From a bacterium (GTDB lineage: Bacteria; Patescibacteriota; Patescibacteriia; Patescibacteriales; UBA12465): a stretch of DNA of 64,000 nt. Position 1 is the first letter of the stretch. Every line of letters starts with the position of its first letter. The notes beneath the pieces are model-generated. The model worked only from the letters and a program-made list of their open reading frames with translations. It made no database searches and had not been told where the DNA came from. Both the position numbers and the translations under genes were made by a program. The DNA lies in the NCBI GenBank assembly GCA_030696105.1, contig JAUYNJ010000005.1, forward strand, positions 77,678 through 141,677. The letters run 5' to 3'. Below, one piece after another: positions 27,498-36,792 of the stretch.

Positions 27498-28691
27498 TTA
27501 TTTCATTTCTATTAATTTTTGAATGTAAATTTTACAGGCTTCACGACGACAAGTGTGAATGCTTTCGATTAGGCGACTTTCTGCAACCCAACGCCAAGCT
27601 TGATGGTCCCAGTGATTAATTTTAATTTCCTCGTCTTTGCCAAGAAACTCAGCGATAAGTAAGCTCTGTCTTTGTCCTTTATAGCCAAAATGTCGCTTAC
27701 TGTTAGGGTTAAAGTATTTGCCTAGCTCTTTGTTAAAGGAATATTTATATAAATTTTTATAAATAGCATTGACGCGCACATTGGTCACACCAGTCTCCTC
27801 TTCAAGTTCTTTTAGTCCGCTTGCTTCAATATCGAGCCCATCTAAACCACCCTGCGGCAACTGCCAGTGGCCAGTCTCTCCTTGTCTTTCTACAATCAAA
27901 ACCTCTCTCTCTGCACCGTTTTTACGAAACAAGATTATAGCGACATTGGGACGGTATAGGTTTGGCAAAATAAATATCCAATGTAAGACCTTAGTTGTAA
28001 ATACAGCGGTGGCCTGCCAAATTCTTCGCCAGCGTGAGGGCTGCTGAATTAAGCGCCAAAGCCATTCCAGCCCAAGCCTGCGCCAAGGGGTGGTGGCTCG
28101 CTTAATTTTGCCAGTAATAAAATCAAAGGCTCCGCCCAGGCCTGTTAAAAGGGATATTTTGTTTAGCGCTACACTTAGATGGTAAATATATTTCTCCTGG
28201 TAAGGTGAACCTAAAAGACAAATTGCCAGCGCTGGTTGGAATTTCCTAATTATCTCGATTTCCTCCCTGCTCGGTTTTTCAGTTTGATTACTATCTAATA
28301 CCTTCGCCTTTAAATGTGGGTATTTTTTTGTTATCGCCCTATAAATATCCTCTGCTGAGGATAAGCCATCCTGGCGGTTAATAATGACAATTTTACGTTG
28401 ATTACTCTCTGCCTCAGAAAGAAGATGCGGCAAGAGATCGGCACCAGTAACGCGGTGTAGCTGCTGCCCACTTAGTAAAGCGGCGATCTTTAAGCCAAAG
28501 CCGTCGGCAAGCGATAAATCGGCTTTGTTTAATATATAGAATAACTCTTCATCATTGATTGCTGTAAGGATTATTTCGGGGTTTGGCGTAACCAAGAGAT
28601 GAGACTGCTCATCATTATAAAAAGAGCTGATAGCGTCCGTCGCTTCAGACCAAGTTTTGTTGCCAGTATTAACACCGAGGATATTAGCCAT
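27498..28691 (-). CDS. fusion protein: WecG/TagA/CpsF-family glycosyltransferase plus C-terminal Nudix hydrolase
   Basis: N-terminal 'VTPNPEII...LSLADGFGL...GLEWLWRLIQQPSRWRR' (WecG/TagA). C-terminal Nudix box 'GGLDGLDIEASGLKELEEETGV'. Confidence 0.8.
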   Translation of the reverse strand: MANILGVNTGNKTWSEATDAISSFYNDEQSHLLVTPNPEIILTAINDEELFYILNKADLSLADGFGLKIAALLSGQQLHRVTGADLLPHLLSEAESNQRKIVIINRQDGLSSAEDIYRAITKKYPHLKAKVLDSNQTEKPSREEIEIIRKFQPALAICLLGSPYQEKYIYHLSVALNKISLLTGLGGAFDFITGKIKRATTPWRRLGLEWLWRLIQQPSRWRRIWQATAVFTTKVLHWIFILPNLYRPNVAIILFRKNGAEREVLIVERQGETGHWQLPQGGLDGLDIEASGLKELEEETGVTNVRVNAIYKNLYKYSFNKELGKYFNPNSKRHFGYKGQRQSLLIAEFLGKDEEIKINHWDHQAWRWVAESRLIESIHTCRREACKIYIQKLIEMK

Positions 28692-28719
28692 ATAGCATCT
28701 TTCTCTGTCAATTGTTATC

Positions 28720-28728
28720 TGATATAAT
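28720..28728 (+). promoter_or_regulatory. extended -10 promoter candidate for corA
   Basis: TGaTATAAT, 72 nt upstream of the ATG at 28801. Confidence 0.4.
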
Positions 28729-28800
28729 GAAGGTAGTTTGATACATCTATTTTATTACAAATTGGGCCTGACGTCAAAAATTGACTCGGCCAGCACTATT

Positions 28801-29766
28801 ATGCCCAACTACAAGAAACTAAGTGGTAAGATTGAAACTCTAACCATCGACAAGCCGGGAAATGACTACAATTTACGCTGGATAAATATCGTCGATGCCG
28901 GCCGCAAAGAGATAGATTATCTGCGCAAAAATTTCGGCTTCAACATTGACCACTTAAAGGCATCAGTTGCTAATGCTTTTTCGCAGAGACCGATGGTCGT
29001 AGAAGAAGATGGTTATCTTTTCCTGATTCTACACTTCCCTACTTTTTTTAAAGGAAAAGTTATTGCCGGTGAAATTGAATTTTTTATCAGTCATGGTTAT
29101 CTCGTTGTTTTGCATAATGACAACATCCCAGTTCTTGTCGATTTTTTTGAAAAAGCAAAGAAGGATCAGAACGGTTTACTTTCTTATGCCACTGAATCTT
29201 CGGCTACCCTTCTTTATGAAATTCTCGACCGCTTGTTGCAATCTTGCTATACGCTAATTGATAACAACAGTCTTGAAATTGAAGTTGTTGAGAATTTAAT
29301 CTTTGATAAGAATCAAAAAGAAGCAGTTGAAAAGATTTTGAATTTAAGAAGAAATATCATCAACATCCGCAAGATCATGCAGAATCACAAAAGTATCTTG
29401 CAAAAACTATTGCAGATGAAAAGTTCATTGGTACCAGCCGAAGAAATGAAGTTGCAGTACGGGCGCCTCATTGAACACTCAAAGAGAATTTGGGAAATGC
29501 TCGATAATCAGAAAGAAATGGTTGATGTCTTAAACGACACGAATGAGTCGCTCTTAAATGATCGCATGAATAACATCATGAAGACCTTAACCCTGTTTTC
29601 GGTCATCGTCTTCCCACTCACCCTGATGGCGGGCATCTTCGGGATGAACGCTAAATACATGCCCTTGATTGATAATCGGTACGGTTTTTGGATGATTCTA
29701 TTTATTATGGCCATTGGCTCCTGGGTGATGCTCGGCTACTTTAAAAAGAAAAAGTGGCTTGATTAG
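28801..29766 (+). CDS. corA: CorA-family magnesium/cobalt transporter
   Basis: C-terminal 'GIFGMNAKYMP' (GMN motif) flanked by two TM helices. The ATG at 28801 is preferred over the TTG at 28738. Confidence 0.9.
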   Translation: MPNYKKLSGKIETLTIDKPGNDYNLRWINIVDAGRKEIDYLRKNFGFNIDHLKASVANAFSQRPMVVEEDGYLFLILHFPTFFKGKVIAGEIEFFISHGYLVVLHNDNIPVLVDFFEKAKKDQNGLLSYATESSATLLYEILDRLLQSCYTLIDNNSLEIEVVENLIFDKNQKEAVEKILNLRRNIINIRKIMQNHKSILQKLLQMKSSLVPAEEMKLQYGRLIEHSKRIWEMLDNQKEMVDVLNDTNESLLNDRMNNIMKTLTLFSVIVFPLTLMAGIFGMNAKYMPLIDNRYGFWMILFIMAIGSWVMLGYFKKKKWLD

Positions 29767-29791
29767 TTTAAAATTAGGTAAAAAATATGAG

Positions 29792-29820
29792 AAGACGCTC
29801 TTTCTAGGGGCGTCTTTTTT
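29792..29820 (+). terminator. intrinsic terminator after corA
   Basis: aagacgc-N11-gcgtctt followed by ttttt. Confidence 0.75.
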
Positions 29821-29834
29821 ATGTCCTATTTTCC

Positions 29835-29863
29835 TTGACACATTTTAATAAATTTGCTATAGT
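29835..29863 (+). promoter_or_regulatory. promoter P1 upstream of the GT4 gene
   Basis: TTGACA-N17-TATAGT. Confidence 0.55.
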
Positions 29864-29876
29864 ATCAGGTTACAAA

Positions 29877-29905
29877 TTGACAATAACGCTATAAATTGAT
29901 ATACT
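29877..29905 (+). promoter_or_regulatory. promoter P2 upstream of the GT4 gene (very short leader)
   Basis: TTGACA-N17-TATACT. The ATG lies 12 nt after the -10 box. Confidence 0.55.
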
Positions 29906-29916
29906 AATTACCCAAT

Positions 29917-31023
29917 ATGAAAATAGCCTTCATCGGCCAAAAAGGAATACCAGCACAAACCGGCGGCGTTGAAAAACAGGTCGAAGAATTATTAGTGCAT
30001 CTAGCTAAACGTGGACACGAAGTCTATGCTTACGCTCGTCGTGGCTACGCCTCTGATTTAAAAGAATATAAGGGAGTTAATATTATCTCTTTGCCGTTTA
30101 TTAAGGGCAAGAACTTTGAAGCAATTAGTCATACCTTTCTAGCCGTGCTAGACATTTGGTTAAAAAAAGTAGATATTATTCATTTTCAGTCTATTGGGCC
30201 GGCTTCTTTGCTTTGGCTAGTGAAGCTTCTTAAGCCACGCACGCCAGTTGTTTTTACATTTCACTGCCAAGACTACTATCACAAGAAATGGGGTCGTCTG
30301 GCGCGCTGGTACCTCCGCTTAGGGGAAAGTGTCGGTTGCCGCTACGCGGATCAAACTTTTGTGACATCACAAGAATTAACAACTTATGCCGCGGCCCGTT
30401 ATGACCGTCAAGCGCAGTATATGCCTTCAGGCATTAATCCCCCTAACTTACCAGAAGTCCGCGATATTCGTCGTTGGGGCTTAGAAAAAGGTTCGTATAT
30501 CTTTTCAGCTTCGCGTTTAGTTCGTCATAAAGGTGTTCATTATTTAATTGAGGCTTTTAAGACTTTAAAGACTGATAAACAGCTTGTTATTGCTGGTGAT
30601 AGTGCTTACACCGATGACTATGTGCAAGAATTACATGCGCTAGCGGCTGGTGATAAACGCATTATTTTTGTCGGTAATCAGAATGGCTCACTGCTTAATG
30701 AGTTGTATGCAAACGCCTACCTCTTTGTACAGCCATCAGAATATGAAGGCCTTTCAATGGGTTTACTTGAGGCAATGTCATTTGCTCTTCCCTGCTTAGC
30801 GAGTGATATCCCGGCAAATATCGAGGCTCTGGGCGGACAAGGCTTAACATTCAAAAATAAAGATGTGGCTGATTTCAATAATAAATTACAGTATGCCTTG
30901 GATAATCCGGAGATAATGGCAGCGCAGGGTCAAGCCTTAGCGGCACGTACCAAGCAAGAATACAACTGGGAAAAAATTGTTGATCAAACTTTAGCGGTAT
31001 ATCAAAAATTACTGAATAAATAA
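29917..31023 (+). CDS. GT4-family glycosyltransferase
   Basis: 'MKIAFIGQKGIPAQTGGVEKQVEEL' and a C-terminal 'EYEGLSMGLLEAMSF' (E-x7-E region). Confidence 0.85.
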   Translation: MKIAFIGQKGIPAQTGGVEKQVEELLVHLAKRGHEVYAYARRGYASDLKEYKGVNIISLPFIKGKNFEAISHTFLAVLDIWLKKVDIIHFQSIGPASLLWLVKLLKPRTPVVFTFHCQDYYHKKWGRLARWYLRLGESVGCRYADQTFVTSQELTTYAAARYDRQAQYMPSGINPPNLPEVRDIRRWGLEKGSYIFSASRLVRHKGVHYLIEAFKTLKTDKQLVIAGDSAYTDDYVQELHALAAGDKRIIFVGNQNGSLLNELYANAYLFVQPSEYEGLSMGLLEAMSFALPCLASDIPANIEALGGQGLTFKNKDVADFNNKLQYALDNPEIMAAQGQALAARTKQEYNWEKIVDQTLAVYQKLLNK

Positions 31024-31125
31024 AATAGATTTTGTCTTTTCTCTGCCCCTTCATTTATGAGGAGGTAGAACAAAGGACGAAACGGTTCGTACTTTAAAAC
31101 TGAATGTCTAACCCAAAAACAATAC

Positions 31126-32301
31126 ATGATGAAAAAACTAACCATGATTTTGATGCTGCTGGCTGTATTTACAACAGCTTGCCAGAAGGATTATGACTTG
31201 GAGCCAACGCAAAAGCCAAGCGCTAAACCAGAACTGAAGGTCTCAGGCGCCAGCATGACAGCCGACACGGCGCAGACTCTGCCAAACACATACATAGTAT
31301 ATGTATGGTCGGGATTGCCACTTTCAGCGAGTTCCTACGCCTACACCTGGGACCTCGGAAACGGCACAAGCTCGACGCTGCCCAATCCGCAGGTTAAGTA
31401 CTCTGTCGGACTTTATCACGTAACGTCCACAGCGACCCCAATCGCGGGCGGGACGGCGTATACAGACGATATCTGGGTCAGAGCCGGTACCATTGTGCTC
31501 GGCGATGCGGCTAACATCCTTATTAGTGCATATGCATCGGGTAACTCCTGGGTTTATGAGCTCGGCATGAATACGAGCTATATTGCCAATTATGCATTTA
31601 TGTCCGGCAACACGCGTTTTGTTAGCGGGAGTTTTACTTCGTGGGATCCACAACCGGCGAATACAGTTCAAGTTATAAACGGTATCGAGTATATGAAGTA
31701 CACGGTGACTGTTCCCAATTCAGATGCCCTAAACAAAAGATTCTGGGGTTATGGTCGTGAATCAACCTGGGCTTGGGCGCCAAATGATCAATTGTGGATT
31801 TCTACAGATGATGGAGGCTATTTTGGTGCTTACTTTTATTATGGCCAAATACTTCCATACATCGGCGAAGTATCAGGCATCCCCGGTGATATCGGGGATC
31901 TGCAAGTTGCAGATACTGTTCCGACAGTTAGGATGGAAATCTTGTACGGATCTTCGGATCCCGACTCACTGCGCGTGTTTATAAACCATGTGGCCTATGC
32001 AAATGGGCCACAACCGTTTATTTCGCGAAAGACTTCCATCAACACTTGGGAGAATGAACCTCTTATTATGTCGAGCGATTATCTTGGTTGGAGTTACTTC
32101 ACCTATGCAATAGGTGAAGTAACCGATCTACTGCAGTTCAAGTTTGGGCCTCACTTATTGAGTACCAACTTGTTCGGGGTAATGAATAACAGTATGTATT
32201 ACTCGGAGGTGGAGGGCCTATTAGCTGTCCAAATATTAGGGATTGAAAATCGTAAATATTTTTCAATCAAAGCTGCCTCCCTGTCCCAACAAATTAACTA
32301 A
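31126..32301 (+). CDS. lipoprotein with PKD-like domain
   Basis: Lipobox 'VFTTAC'. 'YTWDLGNGTSSTLPNPQVKYSVGLYHVTSTA' resembles the PKD signature. Confidence 0.6.
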   Translation: MMKKLTMILMLLAVFTTACQKDYDLEPTQKPSAKPELKVSGASMTADTAQTLPNTYIVYVWSGLPLSASSYAYTWDLGNGTSSTLPNPQVKYSVGLYHVTSTATPIAGGTAYTDDIWVRAGTIVLGDAANILISAYASGNSWVYELGMNTSYIANYAFMSGNTRFVSGSFTSWDPQPANTVQVINGIEYMKYTVTVPNSDALNKRFWGYGRESTWAWAPNDQLWISTDDGGYFGAYFYYGQILPYIGEVSGIPGDIGDLQVADTVPTVRMEILYGSSDPDSLRVFINHVAYANGPQPFISRKTSINTWENEPLIMSSDYLGWSYFTYAIGEVTDLLQFKFGPHLLSTNLFGVMNNSMYYSEVEGLLAVQILGIENRKYFSIKAASLSQQIN

Positions 32302-32321
32302 AAGGAGTATTAATCTCCTTA

Positions 32322-32375
32322 GACGTCCTATCACACCTGCCCCTGTCCCTTTTTAAGTGATAGGGGTCTTTTTTT
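32322..32375 (+). terminator. terminator after the PKD lipoprotein gene
   Basis: gacgtcctatcac ... gtgataggggtc stem (large loop) followed by ttttttt. Confidence 0.55.
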
Positions 32376-32395
32376 ATTTACAAACAATTTTTTGA

Positions 32396-32431
32396 CAAAG
32401 AAAAAACCGATAACTATTAAAGTTATCGGTT
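32396..32431 (-). terminator. terminator of the 32454-33335 gene
   Basis: aaccgataact-attaa-agttatcggtt. A U-run follows on the minus strand. Confidence 0.75.
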
Positions 32432-32453
32432 AGGGGTGTGTTTCAAGAGTAGA

Positions 32454-33335
32454 TTACTTGGGCTCGTAGTTGATTGGGAAATCGAAGTATTCGTAGCCTT
32501 CGTGTTTATTTGGCCTTACTTTGTATGGAAGTAAAGCCTTCGCTAAACTCGGGTCATTGTAGGCGTGGGGGTAATATGGATTGATTTTCTCCTTATACAA
32601 TTCATGAGGTAACCAGATTCCATATCCGTTGTCATGTCCGCCGGCGTACCAAGCGAAGCTGAACGTCATTTGATTTAATAGCATATTAACGTCCACAATG
32701 ATGTTGGATGTCGCAATGTAATATCCGTTGTATTCATAGACATTACGGAATTCATTGTTGACATTGGGGTTAGGTGAGCTCAGGCCAGGAATACCGTCCA
32801 AGATTTTTTTATTGATACAGTATATAAGCATACTGTTGTCATCAAAGGTGACGCAGACATCGCCTGACATCACGCCTTTATATCTTGAGATTGCCAAGTT
32901 TGCACCAGTAACGTTGCTGGATGTTGCTGAATGAGCCGGCACGCTTTCTCTCGTCTCAGTTTTTGAACTCGAGGTAGGCGCGCTTTTTTTTGTGCTGCGC
33001 GTCGTAGTGCGGGTCGTTGTCGCGGCTTTTTTAGGGCCGATACCGAGGCAGGCGTCAAGTTCTGCTCTTAAACGAGCATTATCCTGCAGTAAGGCAATTA
33101 ACTCTTCACCGGTGATGGCAAGACCAACCACTGAACCGGTTGGGTATTGCTCATCGCATTCATCAGTAACGATGGTGGTGTCCGCAACAGTCGAATGACT
33201 GTTGTCGCTTTCTTCGGAATTTCTACCAAACCACCAGAAGGCAAATAATCCTGCCAGCAATATTAAGGCGCCAATAATGTAAGGCGTTTTGTTGCCTGAT
33301 GGTCTGTCGGGTGATGGATTTGCGTTCGTGTTCAT
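32454..33335 (-). CDS. hypothetical membrane-anchored protein with Thr/Ser/Lys-rich linker
   Basis: TM helix 'YIIGALILLAGLFAFWWF', linker 'KKAATTTRTTTRSTKKSAPTSSSK', aromatic-rich C-terminal domain. No family recognised. Confidence 0.5.
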   Translation of the reverse strand: MNTNANPSPDRPSGNKTPYIIGALILLAGLFAFWWFGRNSEESDNSHSTVADTTIVTDECDEQYPTGSVVGLAITGEELIALLQDNARLRAELDACLGIGPKKAATTTRTTTRSTKKSAPTSSSKTETRESVPAHSATSSNVTGANLAISRYKGVMSGDVCVTFDDNSMLIYCINKKILDGIPGLSSPNPNVNNEFRNVYEYNGYYIATSNIIVDVNMLLNQMTFSFAWYAGGHDNGYGIWLPHELYKEKINPYYPHAYNDPSLAKALLPYKVRPNKHEGYEYFDFPINYEPK

Positions 33336-33367
33336 GTTCCTCGTTTTTTTGGTTTAAATTGTTATTG

Positions 33368-34228
33368 TTAATTGCTTTTCCTGAACAGATTTACCAAATC
33401 CAGATGGATTTGGAAACTATCTATTCTGGGTCCTTTTGCCCAGAACATGGGCTGATAGGACATGGACAGTATTTCGTGTCCATATTGACCTTTTGCCAGG
33501 GTAATCCCGATACCGACACTATAGAAACTTGCTTTATTGCCCGTTTCGTAAGTGTAGGCTGCAATTATCGACGGCATTAGGTAAGTAATATGGCTCCAGC
33601 CCAGGTAAATAGGGACGATGCCGTTTTCAGCCTGAACTTTAAAACGCTCACGGTTCCAAGGAACACCGATAAGTGTATCGGCATTCCAATTCGCCGTTTG
33701 CGTGCTGTTTAAGGCCGTTTGCATTTCGATCATAATCTTCTGTTGCGCAAAGGGCGCTTGGAGTATTATGTTTCGAAACAACATTCCTCCATCGAGATAA
33801 AGCATTTTATCTTTCTGCTTATTCTGGTAGAGGTCTGCTCCTTGGTACATTTTGCCTGTACTGTTTACCACTTTGTAGGCAGTGTTTAACCAAGCATACC
33901 TATCCGACATATTGCCGGGGGTGAGTGTAAAATTAACAGCTACACCAATACCGAATTCGGTAGAGTGGTGTAAGTAACCGTTAATCATACTTTTCACCTC
34001 TATTCCTGATAGATACAACCCGAAGCGGGTCGTTTCCATCTGGTTTGAGAGTGGGAGCCAGCGTATCTGTGCGTAGCGCCAGGTGCCGTCACCACCTTTG
34101 TCGGAAGGAGCGTAATAGCCGTTGCCGACTAAGACTTGCCCTTCGCCAAGTGGGTGTTGGGCCTCAACCTCGATGCCGAGAAAAATTGTCAGCAGAGGAA
34201 TCAATAACAAAAAAATTGTTTTTTTCAT
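33368..34228 (-). CDS. secreted beta-strand-rich protein (possible beta-barrel)
   Basis: Start taken at 'MKKTIFLLLIPLLTIFLGIEVEAQ' (signal peptide). Alternating hydrophobic patterns (FGIGVAVNFTL, FYSVGIGITLA). Confidence 0.5.
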   Translation of the reverse strand: MKKTIFLLLIPLLTIFLGIEVEAQHPLGEGQVLVGNGYYAPSDKGGDGTWRYAQIRWLPLSNQMETTRFGLYLSGIEVKSMINGYLHHSTEFGIGVAVNFTLTPGNMSDRYAWLNTAYKVVNSTGKMYQGADLYQNKQKDKMLYLDGGMLFRNIILQAPFAQQKIMIEMQTALNSTQTANWNADTLIGVPWNRERFKVQAENGIVPIYLGWSHITYLMPSIIAAYTYETGNKASFYSVGIGITLAKGQYGHEILSMSYQPMFWAKGPRIDSFQIHLDLVNLFRKSN

Positions 34229-34329
34229 TTTTATCGTGTTTGGTGTATTTAGTTTTGAATTAACGTGGAAGTAAAACTTTACATCCTTTTTACGCCCCTT
34301 ATTGAAAGGGGCGACAAAAAGATACAAAC

Positions 34330-35136
34330 TTATCTCAAAATATTATGGATATTTCCCGTGGGCTGCCATTTTGGTGTGGGGGCGTAATTATTATTATTGT
34401 CATCCACAGTTGGCAAATTCATCGGGGCACTTGGCGGACGCTGCACGTATGGATTCTGAGGCTCCTCTTCCCTTTCCAAGGGTTGATAAGTGACGCGGTC
34501 CGGACGACGTTTCGGCTTGTGCGCTTTTCTCGCTTCTGGGAAAAAATATATCCAGAAAGATGCGGCGGCTACTCCTAAGAATATTGCAGCAAAAAAGTTC
34601 AAAATAATATTTGGTTTAACTGGAAAACTTGATGTAAGGGGTTGATCAATAACAGCAATGCTTACTTGATCGCCACCACGTTGGTAGTTAAAGCTCTTGC
34701 TCATGAGGGTTTGGTTGACGGCAAGCGCAATCTGCTGTGCTTGATAGGTGTCAGCATGATAGATGTAGATTTCTAAGATGCCCGTGTCGCCTACGTTACG
34801 TGCCTCTATCGTTTTCTTCCAGGTCTTCATCCTTTGCTTATAGGTATCGCCGAAATAATCGGTATCAATATTAAAGCCAGCATCGGTTGCTAAATTGAAA
34901 AACGATGAAGAGTAGACAACCTGAGAGAATAAGTTGCTTAAATACTGATTCGACTTGGAAACAGTATAGGGGTCGGCTCCACTCAAATTTTGAGATATTA
35001 AAAGTCTTGAGCGTACCGAGTATTTTAAGGGCTGGATAAAAGTGAGCCCAAAGACAAGTATAAAGCAACCTAGCACAATGCTGGCCACTAAGCCCTGTCT
35101 TTTTTTAATTGAATTGAAAAACGTATTTAGTTCCAT
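34330..35136 (-). CDS. Wzz/chain-length-determinant-like protein with Pro-rich tail
   Basis: N-terminal TM helix followed by 'PLKYSVRSRLLI', a second TM helix 'ILNFFAAIFLGVAAASFWIYFF', and a basic/Pro-rich C-terminus. Confidence 0.7.
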   Translation of the reverse strand: MELNTFFNSIKKRQGLVASIVLGCFILVFGLTFIQPLKYSVRSRLLISQNLSGADPYTVSKSNQYLSNLFSQVVYSSSFFNLATDAGFNIDTDYFGDTYKQRMKTWKKTIEARNVGDTGILEIYIYHADTYQAQQIALAVNQTLMSKSFNYQRGGDQVSIAVIDQPLTSSFPVKPNIILNFFAAIFLGVAAASFWIYFFPEARKAHKPKRRPDRVTYQPLEREEEPQNPYVQRPPSAPMNLPTVDDNNNNYAPTPKWQPTGNIHNILR

Positions 35137-35189
35137 AGGAAATACAAGACAAAAGAATTATTCAAGCATTAGCTAGATTGTAACTACAA

Positions 35190-35218
35190 ATTATAATCAA
35201 TTATATTAAGTTTGTCAA
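35190..35218 (-). promoter_or_regulatory. perfect consensus promoter of the Wzz-like gene
   Basis: Minus strand reads TTGACA-N17-TATAAT. Confidence 0.65.
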
Positions 35219-35386
35219 GTGGATAAGAAGAAAAAACTAGGGATAATAGCGATAAAAGAGACTAAAATTGCTTTATATTAGTAAATTTTTCTGATGATAG
35301 TAAGGATACTATAGGTAATTAGGGATTGTTTGTTATATTTATTTTAATGTTAGCAAAAAACATTCATTAGGAAACACGAGCCAAGG

Positions 35387-35415
35387 TTGACAATTACTGA
35401 AATCTTGCATATAAT
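35387..35415 (+). promoter_or_regulatory. perfect consensus promoter of the 35470 gene
   Basis: TTGACA-N17-TATAAT, with a leader of about 48 nt. Confidence 0.65.
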
Positions 35416-35469
35416 ATAGGGTAATTAATAAAATTATGATGCAATATCATTCCTCATAATATAAATAAT

Positions 35470-36759
35470 ATGAAAAAAATTATCATGATCGCTGGCGTAT
35501 TCCTGCTACTCTTACTTGCTTGGAGCGCGCAGGATGGTAGAACTAAGGAGCAGCCGGTTTACTCAGGTGATGCTGTGTATTATAAAAATAGAGTGGTAAT
35601 AGCCGCCGCCGCTTCAGGTCAACTAGATTTTTATACTTTAGCTGATGAGCGCGTAGATCATTTGTTCTCCGTAAGCCTTGCCAGTAACCCATCAAAGACA
35701 GAAGTATTTAATGATGTGAAGCTTGATATTAGCGGCGATAAATTAATGGCCTATGCCGTTGCGGGTTATACTGTTTATCAGTATGACATTTCAAATCTAT
35801 ATTCGGCTGAGTTAAAAAAGTCGGTTAAGAATACATACTGGGAATGGTATGATCGCATTGATCGCTTCGGTGGCAGTATGGGCACCGTTAGTAAGCGCGG
35901 CATAACAATTTTAAATAGTAATCTTGATGTTATTGATCGTCACGATTTTGAGAGTGACTTTGCTTACAGTGTACGAAGTGGTGGCAGCACTCGTTTCATT
36001 AGCAGTATGAATGAGTCTTCAATTTCCATTTATGACCGTGAGACAAGAGCCCTGCTTACAACCACGCCTTTAAATTTTACTAATTATAAAAAGAACGGAC
36101 GTAAACCACACTATGACAGAGTGACTAACGATACTTTTGTTATTGATGATTACTATGTTAAAAAAATTGATATCAATGGTGTATTAACTGCATCTTATCG
36201 CCATGGTTTTGATTCTTCTTATGATGTGGAGAGCACAGTCGACAACCAATATATTTACGCGTCGAATGGTTTGAAGGTTATGAAATTGAAAAAAAGTGAT
36301 TTAAGCTTAGCTGGAGAAACTTTAACAACTACAATGGGTGCGGCTCAAGGTTGGGCTATGGGATTAAAACTGGTTAATACAGCCTTCGGTGACCGTTTAG
36401 TCGTATTTAATGGTACGAGTATTTTAGTGCTTGATTCAAATCTAAAGCTTTTAGCTCATGCCGGTCATGTTTCAAAAGAAGATAATAAAATAACTCCGAG
36501 AGAGAATCTTTATCTTGTTCTAGACCATCACAGTGCTATTACCGGCGCCAGTGTGAATTTACAGGGCGGCGGCTTCTGGCCAAATGAAGATCTTCAGGTT
36601 AAGCTTGTAAATAGCTCAGTCAGCGTTAAGGCTGATCGCTTTGGGCGGTTTAATACAAATGTGCCAGTTCCGGTTACACCGGCTGGGCGCTATGATATTA
36701 AAGTAGATGGTCAAGCGTCAAATCTTACATACAGTATTTCCTTCGCCATAGTTGAATAA
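35470..36759 (+). CDS. hypothetical secreted protein (429 aa, beta-rich, Ig-like C-terminus)
   Basis: Signal peptide 'MKKIIMIAGVFLLLLLAWSA', its own promoter, and a hairpin after the stop (agagccgcttggctct + T-run). Confidence 0.55.
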   Translation: MKKIIMIAGVFLLLLLAWSAQDGRTKEQPVYSGDAVYYKNRVVIAAAASGQLDFYTLADERVDHLFSVSLASNPSKTEVFNDVKLDISGDKLMAYAVAGYTVYQYDISNLYSAELKKSVKNTYWEWYDRIDRFGGSMGTVSKRGITILNSNLDVIDRHDFESDFAYSVRSGGSTRFISSMNESSISIYDRETRALLTTTPLNFTNYKKNGRKPHYDRVTNDTFVIDDYYVKKIDINGVLTASYRHGFDSSYDVESTVDNQYIYASNGLKVMKLKKSDLSLAGETLTTTMGAAQGWAMGLKLVNTAFGDRLVVFNGTSILVLDSNLKLLAHAGHVSKEDNKITPRENLYLVLDHHSAITGASVNLQGGGFWPNEDLQVKLVNSSVSVKADRFGRFNTNVPVPVTPAGRYDIKVDGQASNLTYSISFAIVE

Positions 36760-36792
36760 GCAAGCAGAAAAAAGAGCCGCTTGGCTCTTTTT

